DNA of 20,585 bases from Azolla caroliniana (GCA_043228905.1 JBHGNT010000565.1:1-20585), one strand, 5' to 3'; counted from the first letter of the stretch, positions 1 to 11,500 are shown. Program-made: numbers and translations. The notes: a model not told the origin generated them from the sequence alone.

Positions 1-241
1 ACGACATCTAGCGACAGTTCCATAATCGCCTTGATTTCTACCGTTAATAGTAGATTGCGCGTTAGACCAATTGTAAACTTTTTGACACCAACAAATATTG
101 GTTAAGTATGGAAACTTTTGAGAGATATTCATTCTTCGACTAGCTTGCCTGATGAGAACTGACATAGTTCGAAACCGGTAGTAAGATGTCGTTAGGATGA
201 AATCTCTCAAATATAGGTTTGGTTATCTACCAAACTATAGA
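1..241 (+). mobile_element. Short non-coding hammerhead-ribozyme-bearing interspersed element, copy A (cut by window edge); Penelope-like pLTR / retrozyme-like
   Basis: Near-identical to segments at 3647-3693+4704-4866 (-), 15381-15680 (-) and 20134-20475 (+). Contains a hammerhead core and ends in the hairpin GTTTGGT-tatct-ACCAAAC followed by TATAG. Family assignment is inferred from the ribozyme type. Confidence 0.75.
144..185 (+). ncRNA. Minimal type I hammerhead ribozyme (intact core)
   Basis: Stem I CTTGC(144-148)/GTAAG(181-185); CTGATGA 149-155; stem II GAACT-gacat-AGTTC; GAAA 171-174; palindromic mini stem III ACCGGT; GUA cleavage triplet ending at 180. Confidence 0.85.
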
Positions 242-879
242 TTTTTTTTAGTTTCATTGATCAAATACGTTAGGATTAAGCACACCAATTAATTTATTTT
301 CGTTATAGTTTATCCCAGTTATATTGAAGTCGTTCTGATATATTTTTCCCGATTCGTTTTTGCCGATGTCACGAAATAATATATTCTCACGGTGTGTTAG
401 ATCCCGGCAGTACGGGGGACCAACTTCCTATTCCTATTTTACAGATTAACATGCGGAATGCATCCCGTCAAAACATCAACATGTGGCTGCGATCTTATGA
501 TGTATAACGCCAAGGTATACGGAAGGTGAAAGGTGCATCGCCAGATTTTTCGGAAGTATAATTAGTCTGAAGATTTTATTTTTGTGAACGAGACATGCGA
601 TCCGTTATGCTGCGAGCTGCGGGGTGTGGAAGACAAATATATTTTCGCGGGATTATAAGAAAATAATTATTATTTGTTGAAGCAAATATTGTGTTTCAAG
701 AAAAGTATATGGCAGAAATTAAAATTGTCATTGAATCATCAAGACCAACTTTTATGCTTTTCTGTTTTTTATCAGGTTCGTGCAAAAATTCTTGCCCGAT
801 TTCATAGATGGCAGAAGCACCCACTTTTGACAGTACTGCTTTTATTATATAATCATATGATTTAGTAACAGTGATCTAT

Positions 880-1795
880 AGGTGTAGTGAATCATCATAG
901 CCTTAAAAATAAAGTGAATTTAAATTAGTTTCTGCGCAGGATTAATATTTAAGTTCAGTTAAGTTTATATCTTAAGGGTCGTACTCAAATAGTAAAGATC
1001 AAAAACTGTTACTTATCTCAACCTCTAGATGTTACCTCTGGTGTACCACAGGGTGCGCATTTAGCGCCTCTGCTTTTCAATATATTTATTAATGATATAA
1101 CATCATGCTTTCACTACAGTAAATTTCTTCTTTATGCTGATGACTTAAAAATCTATTCATTTCTTGATCATGAACATGAATCAAATGATTATTAATATTG
1201 ATAAATGTAGTAGCATTCAATTTACAAGAAGTATATTATTAAAAGAAATTAAATATGTATTAAATAATCTAGATATTGATAATGTCAATATCATTAAAGG
1301 CTTGGAAATTTTATTTGATAAAAAAATTACTTTTAATGACCATGTGTTGCTATTTGTAATAAAGCTCTTAAAATGTTAGGTTTTATTAGACGCCATACAC
1401 GTGATTTTAACAATGTCCAAGGGATAAAAGTGCATTATACTTCATTAGTGCGTTCTCATTTAGAGACTGGTGCACCAATCTGGTCACCAAATTATAAACT
1501 TTATGCAAACATGATTGAAAGAGTTCAGAAAAAGTTTATTAGGTACTGTGCTTTCAAGTTGGGAATGTCACTGGACAGAGTGGATTATAATGATTTGTGT
1601 GCACGCCTGGGTCTGGAAACATTAGATCACCGCAGAGTTAAAATGGATGCCCTATTTGTATATAAGTTGGTTAACGGAGTCATCCATGTAGCTGAGCTTC
1701 TGTTTTTGGTAAATTTCAGAGGGCCTTGCAGGGTTTTGAGGGGGACCTCTACATTTGAGATATCTAACCACAGAACTCTGTATGTATTTTATAAA
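880..1795 (+). mobile_element. Degenerate CR1/T1-like non-LTR retrotransposon ORF2 fragment (RT and C-terminal region)
   Basis: Manual translation SGVPQGAHLAPLLFNIFINDITSCFHYSKFLLYADDLKIY (YADD from 1133). ORF 1373-1810 has LGFIRR..YTSLVRSHLE..IWSP..IERVQKKF. Frameshifts and deletions lie between the blocks. Confidence 0.9.
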
Positions 1796-1816
1796 AGATA
1801 TATTTTATAAAAGATA
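1785..1816. repeat. 16-bp perfect tandem duplication (TATTTTATAAAAGATA x2) at the LINE/mariner junction
   Basis: 1785-1800 is identical to 1801-1816. Confidence 0.85.
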
Positions 1817-1819
1817 TTA

Positions 1820-2585
1820 AAAACGTTTATTCGTATCGTGCTCATAATCAAGTGAAAAGATTTCTGAGAAGTTAAATGTTGACAGATCGACAGCATTTTG
1901 GCATTAAAAAAACTTGGCTATACTTTGAACAAACTAAAACGTGTTTCGACTTCTGTTTCTCTCCTTGCATGTCAAGATTCCTTTTTTGGATCTAGTAATA
2001 ACTGGAGATAAAAACTGGATAATGTATCCCAACCAAAATAGAAAAAGAAACTGGAAGTACGGAAGTAAACAAGCAGAAGCTTTGGCAAAAGCTGAATTGC
2101 ATCAATTAAAAATTTTATTATGTGACTGCAGAGGAATAATTTCTTTTGAGTTTCTGCTATGTGACAAAACAATAACTGCCAAGAAGTATGGAAATACAAG
2201 TAAAACGTCCAAGTTTGGTTAATCGAAAAGGCATCATCTTTCACCACGACAATGTCTTTTTGTCGCTCAACAGACACTGAAAAAATAAGGAAGCTAAAAT
2301 GGAAAATACTCTGCTGACCTTGGCACTTCGGATTTTACTCTTTTTCATTTAAAATAATTTGAATGGGAAAAAATGTTCTGCGAAAGAAATTAAAAACTAC
2401 AACTTTCTTTAAAGATAAACCACCGATTTTCTACCAAGAAAAAATTCCTAAATTTAAAGAACGTTGGGAGACAGATATAGAAAATGATGGGGAGTACATC
2501 ATTGATTAATAAAAATATGTTTTTACTAAAATTTGTTTTATTTAATTTATTTCAAATCGGGCACGAATTTTTGCATGTACTTGAT
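1820..2585 (+). mobile_element. Degenerate mariner transposon (catalytic-domain part of the transposase pseudogene plus 3' TIR-like end)
   Basis: VITGDKNWIMYPNQNRKRNW (mariner TGDEKW block), RGIISFEFL..KTITAKKY, KGIIFHHDN (~2228-2253), a DLAPSDF-like remnant (~2315-2335), C-terminus RWETDIENDGEYIID* (~2462-2509), and the TIR-like end GCACGAATTTTTGCATGTACTTGAT (~2561-2585). No 5' TIR seen. Confidence 0.88.
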
Positions 2586-3693
2586 TGTAATCAGTGGTTT
2601 TCTATGGTATCATAAAGTTAATTTAAAAAGCAACGTATTAACTTTACACGCAAAAAAAGGTAAACACTGATTTAAAATAATAGGCGTACTTTTCGACTTC
2701 TTAAATAATAAAACAGATTTTGTCACCCTAGTCAGTCGATATTTTAGTTAACAAGTGTATCGTCTAATTTCAAAACATGGTATGGCTTTTAAAATTATGA
2801 AATGAATTTTTCATGTAAGCCATTAAAAAACCGAAGAGCTATCGCGTCTTCCGGCATCGTATCGTCGTAAATAAGCAAGTCCATATTTTAACAGACCCTT
2901 ACGTATCTGCGTAAATCCAAAAAGCTAACTAATAGCTGTTTATTAAAAAGATAGTAGAGAAATAAAAAACCGCTCTCCCAGGCCATTCTGGGCTATCCGT
3001 CATCGGAATATTTTTTATCTGCTGTCAGGCCGCAACATAAAACACTGGCAAGATAAAGTGGAGCAGTTTCCTCCAGAGAGCTCTAACGGTCGAACTCGAT
3101 ATATAGATGGGTCTGGATGGACGTATATTATGGCCGATAGCCGCTAACCGAAATGCCCATACGTCAAAAACGGCCTGTCGACACGTACCCCGTGTCACTT
3201 GTCACATCTTACCACATAGATCATCATTTATTTAAAAATTAACCTTAAGTTACACAATAATAAAAACACTAAATAATTTAAATCGTTGAAGATACATAAG
3301 CAAATTTGTAATATTATTATCTCTAATTCTAAAAATGTATGATTAGTGTGAAACACATTCCTTACACTTCTGCATTAAACAAAATCTGTCAACTGCCCGT
3401 TGTGTTTGTCTGAATAGTCTGAAAATTTATACAGGGTGACTTACGGTCAGACCTGAAAAATAACAGTTGTTTTTTGGCATTTTGTCGTTTGCTATTTTGC
3501 AAAATAAATGTTATTTAGTTATAAACGAAGTTCTTGAAAAATATTTCTTTTTCCCGAACGATTTTATCAAATTTTTGGGGTATGGTTGGATCCGGGACTG
3601 ACCACCGATACTATCTCGGGTAAATTATAAGAACGATATTTTTCAAATCTACAGTTTGGTAGAAAACCAAACCTATAATTAAGAGATTTCATT

Positions 3694-4617
3694 TTCATAC
3701 CTGCAAAAAGGTATCAAGTCATCATCCCACCCAGGGAACTATGGCTGGAACCAAAACCTGACTTTCTCAGACCTGAAGGGCTTATCTGGTATACATATGG
3801 CTCATTGATGAATGGGAAAGCAGGGGCAGGAATCTACGGGCATAGCCCAAGAGTCAAGATAAGTCTATCCCTTGGACAATATGCCACGGTATATCAGGCT
3901 GAGATAGCTGCTATCACAGCCTGCGTGAGAGAGAACCTAACAAGGGGATACTCAAACAAACACATATACATTTGCAGCGACAGCCAGGTAGCACTTAAGG
4001 CTTTAACGTAAGCAAATGTCTGCTCGGCCATGACGCTGGAATGCAAAAATGCATTAGACCGACTTTCCCTATCCAATAAGGTCAGTCTCATCTGGGTGCC
4101 AGGTCACACTGGCATTGTAGGCAATGAGGAGGCAGACAATCTGGCTCGAGAGGGCAGTAAAATGACTTTCATTGGGCCAGAACCCGTATTTGGAATTGCC
4201 CAATCAACTGCAAAAACCTTCATACGGAAATGGATCACTTCCAAATTCCGTGAAGAATGGAACCAGCAGGAAAGACTAAGACAGTCCAGGACCTTTATTC
4301 TAGATCCAATGGACAGGTCTGAAGTTAAAAGATTACTGAGTTCAAACAGAAATCAGCTTAGGGCCTTCGTAGGAGTCCTGACAGGACACTCGTTGGTCAA
4401 TGACCACATATACAACATCGGACTCAGCAATGAGCCCGATTGTAGGTTCTGCGGCGAGGAGGATGAAACCACAGAGCATCTGACTTGCCGTTGCGACGCA
4501 CTGGTCAACAGTAGGCACCGCCATCTTGGCGATAGATTCCTAGAGCCAGAGGATATCATGCGAATTCATCCTGTTAGGATCTTGTCCTTCCTACGAAGGA
4601 TAGGACTTACAGAATGA
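3694..4617 (+). pseudogene. LINE ORF2 C-terminus: RNase H domain plus CCHC zinc knuckle, interrupted by one in-frame stop
   Basis: ORFs 3805-4011 and 4030-4617 share a frame and are separated only by TAA 4009-4011. Motifs: WYTYGS (normally YTDGS), TVYQAEIAAI, ICSDSQVAL, WVPGHTGIVGNEEADNLAR, CRFCGEEDETTEHLTCRC. Confidence 0.9.
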
Positions 4618-4703
4618 ATTACGCTCACCGGGGGTTAGCACAAAGGGCCGACCTGAGCCTAAGTACTGCTCAAAGGAGCTCCCCGCCAAAGATAGATAGA
4701 TAG
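3694..4703 (+). mobile_element. 5'-truncated RNase H-encoding non-LTR retrotransposon (Loa/R1/I-group-like) with (GATA)n tail and 13-bp TSD
   Basis: TSD AAGAGATTTCATT at 3681-3693 and 4704-4716; tail GATAGATAGATAG 4691-4703; higher GC than the flanks; encodes RNase H and a CCHC finger. Confidence 0.92.
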
Positions 4704-4726
4704 AAGAGATTTCATTCTAACGACAT

Positions 4727-4768
4727 TTTACTACCGGTTTCGAACTATGCTAGTTCTCATCAGGCAAG
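4727..4768 (-). ncRNA. Minimal type I hammerhead ribozyme (intact core)
   Basis: Minus strand reads CTTGC CTGATGA GAACTA-gca-TAGTTC GAAA CCGGTA GTAAA. Confidence 0.82.
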
Positions 4769-5251
4769 CTAGTCGAAGGATGATTATCTGAACTGTCGCT
4801 AGATGTCTTTGTCTCGCCTTGATTTCTACCGTTAATGGTAGATGGCGCGTCAGACCAATTTTAAACGATAATAATTTATTAATCATACAATTCTAAATAT
4901 TCAATTAAAATATATTTATAAATAGTTGGTATATGTTAACTTTCATAGAGATAACTATTCTTCATATGAGACCTACCACGATTAATTATGCAACTACACA
5001 GGGGTGTAGATATTAGGGTTATATTTGTGACGTTAGGAATTTTGCGTTGTTCTACTTACTATGCTTCAATATTTTACAATAAAAATCAATATAATGCTAG
5101 CCTTCTATCACAAGATTATTTTAAATGTTTAATTTAGAATAATTTAAGTACTAAAAAGGCACTTTTTATAGTTATATAAGTATTTACATGGCAATAAAAA
5201 ATATAAAAAGTGATGTTACGTAGTTTTATTTACTTTTTTATAGTTACTAGA

Positions 5252-5491
5252 AAAACTGTTATGTTCGCAAAAAGTACTGTTTATTTGTTTTAAATAAAGA
5301 AATGTTAAAATATTTTATTGATCAGAAATAGGTACTATTGCAGCCTTGGTAGCTTAATTGGAAGAGCAACTGGACTTGTCCAGGAGACCTAGGTTCGATT
5401 CCTGGCTAGGGCAATACTAACTTCTGATCGTATTTAAATTTAAAAAAATATATTAATTTAAAGTAAAGTACTTTTTCCGAAAAATGGTTTT
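5252..5491 (+). repeat. Imperfect foldback (~240 nt) with the tRNA-like cloverleaf at its apex, left copy
   Basis: TTCGCAAAAAGTACT (5264-5278) pairs with AGTACTTTTTCCGAA (5467-5481) at 14/15. AAAACTGTT (5252-5260) pairs with AATGGTTTT (5483-5491) using G-U pairs. GATCAGAA (5320-5327) pairs with TTCTGATC (5422-5429). Confidence 0.7.
5343..5413 (+). ncRNA. tRNA-like cloverleaf with collapsed anticodon loop (pseudo-tRNA / tRNA-derived; resembles tRNA-Thr(TGT))
   Basis: Acceptor GCCTTGG/CTAGGGC+A; D arm GCTT/GAGC with A box TAGCTTAATTGG; anticodon arm CTGGA-CTTG-TCCAG (4-nt loop); variable loop GAGAC; T arm CTAGG-TTCGATT-CCTGG (B box GGTTCGATTCC). The Thr resemblance is from memory of the ACTGGTCTTGTAAACCAGG arm. 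Confidence 0.85.
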
Positions 5492-5553
5492 GTTACTGTA
5501 TAGTTTTAGGAGTCTATCCAAAATGTTTTTTTCTGCCTCAAATTCACAAAACT

Positions 5554-8500
5554 AATTTTTTAAAAAAGTATCAGGAGTCTATCAAAAATAATGTTTACTT
5601 CAAATTCGCAAAACTTTATTAAAATTAAAGAAATATAGGGATTTGTAACAGGAGTACAGAAATGCGAAGAGGTAATTTTTTAAAAAGTATCAGGCGCTAT
5701 CAGAATATGTTTTATCTCAGATTCACTAAACTTTGTTGAAATTAAAGAAATATAGGAATTTGTAACAGGAGTACAGAAATGCGAAGAGGTAATTTTTTAA
5801 AAAGTATCAGGCGCTATCAAAAATATGTTTTATCTCAAATTCGCTAAACTTTGTTAAAATTAAAGAAATATAAGGATTTGTAACAGAAGTACAGAAATGC
5901 GAAGAGGTAATTTTTTAAAAAGTATCAGGCGCTATCAAAAATATGTTTTATCTCAAATTCGCTAAACTTTGTTAAAATTAAAGAAATATAGGGATTTGTA
6001 ACAGGAGTACAGAAATGCGAAGAGGTAATTTTTTAAAAAGTATCAGGCGCTATCAGAATATGTTTTATCTCAGATTCACTAAACCTTGTTGAAATTAAAG
6101 AAATATAGGAATTTGTAACAGGAGTACAGAAATTCGAAGAGGTAATTTTTTAAAAAGTATCAGGCGCTATCAAAAATATGTTTTATCTCAAATTCGCTAA
6201 ACTTTGTTAAAATCAAAAGAAATATAGGGATTTGTAACAGGAGTACAGAAATGCGAAGAGGTAATTTTTTAAAAAGTATCAGGCGCTATCAAAAATATGT
6301 TTTATCTCAAATTCGCTAAACTTTGTTAAAATTAAAGAAATATAAGGATTTGTAACAGGAGTACAGAAATGCGAAGAGGTAATTTTTTAAAAAGTATCAG
6401 GCGCTATCAAAAATATGTTTTATCTCAAATTTGCTAAACTTTGTTAAAATTAAAGAAATATAGGGATTTGTAACAGGAGTACAGAAATGCGAAGAGGTAA
6501 TTTTTTAAAAAGTATCAGGCGCTATCAAAAATAAGTTTTATCTCAAATTTGCTAAACTTTGTTAAAATTAAAGAAATATAGGGATTTGTAACAGGAGTAC
6601 AGAAATGCGAAGAGGTAATTTTTTAAAAAGTATCAGGCGCTATCAAAAATATGTTTTATCTCAAATTTGCTAAACTTTGTTAAAATTAAAGAAATATAGG
6701 GATTTGTAACAGGAGTACAGAAATGCGAAGAGGTAATTTTTTAAAAAGTATCAGGCGCTATCAGAATATGTTTTATCTCAAATTCACTTAACTTTGTTAA
6801 AATTAAAGAAATATAGGGATTTGTAACGGGAGTACAGAAATGCGAAGAGGTAATTTTTTAAAAAGTATCAGGCGCTATCAGAATATGTTTTATCTCAAAT
6901 TCACTTAACTTTGTTGAAATTAAAGAAATATAGGAATTTGTAACAGGAGTACAGAAATGCGAAGAGGTAATTTTTTAAAAAGTATCAGGCGCTATCAGAA
7001 TATGTTTTATCTCAAATTCACTTAACTTTGTTAAAATTAAAGAAATATAGGGATTTGTAACAGGAGTACAGAAATGCGAAGAGGTAATTTTTTAAAAAGT
7101 ATCAGGCGCTATCAAAAATATGTTTTATCTCAAATTCGCTAAACTTTGTTAAAATTAAAGAAATATAGGGATTTGTAACAGGAGTACATAAATGCGAAGA
7201 GGTAATTTTTTAAAAAGTATCAGGCGCTATCAGAATATGTTTTATCTCAAATTCACTTAACTTTGTTGAAATTAAAGAAATATAGGGATTTGTAACAGTA
7301 GTACAGAAATGCGAAGAGGTAATTTTTTAAAAAGTATCAGGCGCTATCAAAAATATGTTTTATCTCAAATTCGCTAAACTTTGTTAAAATTAAAGAAATA
7401 TAGGGATTTGTAACAGGAGTACATAAATGCGAAGAGGTAATTTTTTAAAAAGTATCAGGCGCTATCAGAATATGTTTTATCTCAAATTCACTTAAATTTG
7501 TTGAAATTAAAGAAATATAGGGATTTGTAACAGGAGTACAGAAATGCGAAGAGGTAATTTTTTAAAAAGTATCAGGCGCTATCAGAATATGTTTTATCTC
7601 AAATTCACTTAACTTTGTTAAAATTAAAGAAATATAGGGATTTGTAACGGGAGTACAGAAATGCGAAGAGGTAATTTTTTAAAAAGTATCAGGCGCTATC
7701 AGAATATGTTTTATCTCAAATTCACTTAACTTTGTTGAAATTAAAGAAATATAGGAATTTGTAACAGGAGTACAGAAATGCGAAGATATCAGAATATGTT
7801 TTATCTCAAATTCACTTAACTTTGTTAAAATTAAAGAAATATAGGGATTTGTAACGGGAGTACAGAAATGCGAAGAGGTAATTTTTTAAAAAGTATCAGG
7901 CGCTATCAGAATATGTTTTATCTCAAATTCACTTAACTTTGTTGAAATTAAAGAAATATAGGAATTTGTAACAGGAGTACAGAAATGCGAAGAGGTAATT
8001 TTTTAAAAAAGTATCAGGCGCTATCAGAATATGTTTTAATCTCAAATTCACTTAACTTTGTTAAAATTAAAGAAATATAGGGATTTGTAACGGGAGTACA
8101 GAAATGCGAAGAGGTAATTTTTTAAAAAGTATCAGGCGCTATCAGAATATGTTTTATCTCAAATTCACTTAACTTTGTTGAAATTAAAGAAATATAGGAA
8201 TTTGTAACAGGAGTACAGAAATGCGAAGAGGTAATTTTTTAAAAAGTATCAGGCGCTATCAGAATATGTTTTTATCTCAAATTCGCTAAACTTTGTTAAA
8301 ATTAAAGAAATATAGGGATTTGTAACGGGAGTACAGAAATGCGAAGAGGTAATTTTTTAAAAAGTATCAGGCGCTATCAGAATATGTTTTATCTCAAATT
8401 CACTTAACTTTGTTGAAATTAAAGAAATATAGGAATTTGTAACAGGAGTACAGAAATGCGAAGAGGTAATTTTTTAAAAAGTATCAGGCGCTATCAGAAT

Positions 8501-11500
8501 ATGTTTTATCTCAAATTCACTTAACTTTGTTAAAATTAAAGAAATATAGGGATTTGTAACGGGAGTACAGAAATGCGAAGAGGTAATTTTTTAAAAAGTA
8601 TCAGGCGCTATCAGAATATGTTTTATCTCAAATTCACTTAACTTTGTTGAAATTAAAGAAATATAGGAATTTGTAACAGGAGTACAGAAATGCGAAGAGG
8701 TAATTTTTTAAAAGTATCAGGCGCTATCAGAATATGTTTTATCTCAAATTCACTTAACTTTGTTAAAATTAAAGAAATATAGGGATTTGTAACGGGAGTA
8801 CAGAAATGCGAAGAGGTAATTTTTTAAAAAGTATCAGGCGCTATCAGAATATGTTTTATCTCAAATTCACTTAACTTTGTTGAAATTAAAGAAATATAGG
8901 AATTTGTAACAGGAGTACAGAAATGCGAAGAGGTAATTTTTTAAAAAGTATCAGGCGCTATCAGAATATGTTTTATCTCAAATTCACTTAACTTTGTTAA
9001 AATTAAAGAAATATAGGGATTTGTAACAGGAGTACATAAATGCGAAGAGGTAATTTTTTAAAAAGTATCAGGCGCTATCAGAATATGTTTTATCTCAAAT
9101 TCACTTAACTTTGTTGAAATTAAAGAAATATAGGGATTTGTAACAGGAGTACAGAAATGCGAAGAGGTAATTTTTTAAAAAGTATCAGGCGCTATCAGAA
9201 TATGTTTTATCTCAAATTCACTTAACTTTGTTAAAATTAAAGAAATATAGGGATTTGTAACAGTAGTACAGAAATGCGAAGAGGTAATTTTTTAAAAAGT
9301 ATCAGGCGCTATCAGAATATGTTTTATCTCAAATTCACTTAACTTTGTTGAAATTAAAGAAATATAGGAATTTGTAACAGGAGTACAGAAATGCGAAGAG
9401 GTAATTTTTTAAAAAGTATCAGGCGCTATCAGAATATGTTTTATCTCAAATTCACTTAACTTTGTTAAAATTAAAGAAATATAGGGATTTGTAACAGTAG
9501 TACAGAAATGCGAAGAGGTAATTTTTTAAAAAGTATCAGGCGCTATCAAAAATAAGTTTTATCTCAAATTTGCTAAACTTTGTTAAAATTAAAGAAATAT
9601 AGGGATTTGTAACAGGAGTACAGAAATGCGAAGAGGTAATTTTTTAAAAAGTATCAGGCGCTATCAAAAATAAGTTTTATCTCAAATTTGCTAAACTTTG
9701 TTAAAATTAAAGAAATATAGGGATTTGTAACAGGAGTACAGAAATGCGAAGAGGTAATTTTTTAAAAAGTATCAGGCGCTATCAAAAATAAGTTTTATCT
9801 CAAATTTGCTAAACTTTGTTAAAATTAAAGAAATATAGGGATTTGTAACAGGAGTACAGAAATGGAAGAGGTAATTTTTTAAAAGTATCAGGCGCTATCA
9901 GAATATGTTTTATCTCAAATTCACTTAACTTTGTTAAAATTAAAGAAATATAGGGATTTGTAACAGGAGTACAGAAATGCGAAGAGGTAATTTTTTAAAA
10001 AGTATCAGGCGCTATCAGAATATGTTTTATCTCAAATTCACTTAACTTTGTTAAAATTAAAGAAATATAGGGATTTGTAACAGGAGTACAGAAATGCGAA
10101 GAGGTAATTTTTTAAAAAGTATCAGGCGCTATCAGAATATGTTTTATCTCAAATTCACTTAACTTTGTTAAAATTAAAGAAATATAGGGATTTGTAACAG
10201 GAGTACAGAAATGCGAAGAGGTAATTTTTTAAAAAGTATCAGGCACTATCAGAATATGTTTTATCTCAAATTCACTTAACTTTGTTAAAATTAAAGAAAT
10301 ATAGGGATTTGTAACAGGAGTACAGAAATGCGAAGAGGTAATTTTTTAAAAAGTATCAGGCGCTATCAAAAATATGTTTTATCTCAAATTCGCTAAACTT
10401 TGTTAAAATTAAAGAAATATTGGGATTTGTAACAGGAGTACAGAAATGCGAAGAGGTAAATTTTTAAAAAGTATCAGGCGCTATCAGAATATGTTTTATC
10501 TCAAATTCACTTAACTTTGTTGAAATTAAAGAAATATAGGAATTTGTAACAGGAGTACAGAAATGCGAAGAGGTAATTTTTTAAAAAGTATCAGGCGCTA
10601 TCAAAAATAAGTTTTATCTCAAATTTGCTAAACTTTGTTAAAATTAAAGAAATATAGGGATTTGTAACAGGAGTACAGAAATGCGAAGAGGTAATTTTTT
10701 AAAAAGTATCAGGCGCTATCAAAAATAAGTTTTATCTCAAATTTGCTAAACTTTGTTAAAATTAAAGAAATATAGGGATTTGTAACAGGAGTACAGAAAT
10801 GCGAAGAGGTAATTTTTTAAAAAGTATCAGGCGCTATCAGAATATGTTTTATCTCAAATTCACTTAACTTTGTTGAAATTAAAGAAATATAGGGATTTGT
10901 AACAGGAGTACAGAAATGCGAAGAGGTAATTTTTTAAAAAGTATCAGGCGCTATCAGAATATGTTTTATCTCAAATTCACTTAACTTTGTTGAAATTAAA
11001 GAAATATAGGAATTTGTAACAGGAGTACAGAAATGCGAAGAGGTAATTTTTTAAAAAGTATCAGGCGCTATCAAAAATAAGTTTTATCTCAAATTTGCTA
11101 AACTTTGTTAAAATTAAAGAAATATAGGGATTTGTAACAGGAGTACAGAAATGCGAAGAGGTAATTTTTCTAAAAAGTATCAGGCGCTATCAGAATATGT
11201 TTTATCTCAAATTCACTTAACTTTGTTAAAATTAAAGAAATATAGGGATTTGTAACAGGAGTACAGAAATGCGAAGAGGTAATTTTTTAAAAAGTATCAG
11301 GCGCTATCAAAAATAAGTTTTATCTCAAATTTGCTAAACTTTGTTAAAATTAAAGAAATATAGGGATTTGTAACAGGAGTACAGAAATGCGAAGAGGTAA
11401 TTTTTTAAAAAGTATCAGGCGCTATCAGAATATGTTTTATCTCAAATTCACTTAACTTTGTTGAAATTAAAGAAATATAGGAATTTGTAACAGGAGTACA

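Larger units (their letters stand above)
3647..4866 (-). mobile_element. Hammerhead element copy B, split by a LINE insertion (element parts 3647-3693 and 4704-4866)
   Basis: The reverse complement of copy A's 3' end runs 3647-3693 and resumes at 4704. It has an internal deletion at ~4789 and one inverted-repeat arm at 4790-4866. Confidence 0.8.

Noticed and set aside
674-865. 63-aa ORF
   Set aside because: Short, non-ATG start, low-complexity AT-rich, no motif.
1972-4559. Minus-strand ORFs 1972-2277, 3894-4091, 4342-4524, 4353-4559
   Set aside because: They are antisense shadows of the mariner and LINE coding sequences.
4920-4963. Fifth, plus-strand fragment of the hammerhead element
   Set aside because: Loose resemblance to 93-138 only, in AT-rich sequence with no ribozyme following; too weak to call.
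5343-5413. Functional tRNA gene (Thr-TGT or Asp-GTC)
   Set aside because: No 5-bp stem plus 7-nt anticodon loop can be formed; the GTC is paired within the stem.
5641-5680. Repeated micro-exon (TTTGTAACAG|GAGTACAGAAATGCGAAGAG|GTAATT)
   Set aside because: Splice-like motifs are present, but the exon would be 20 nt (19 in ATGGAAG variants), the polypyrimidine tract is poor, and the putative intron is as conserved as the exon. It cannot be supported without spliced reads.
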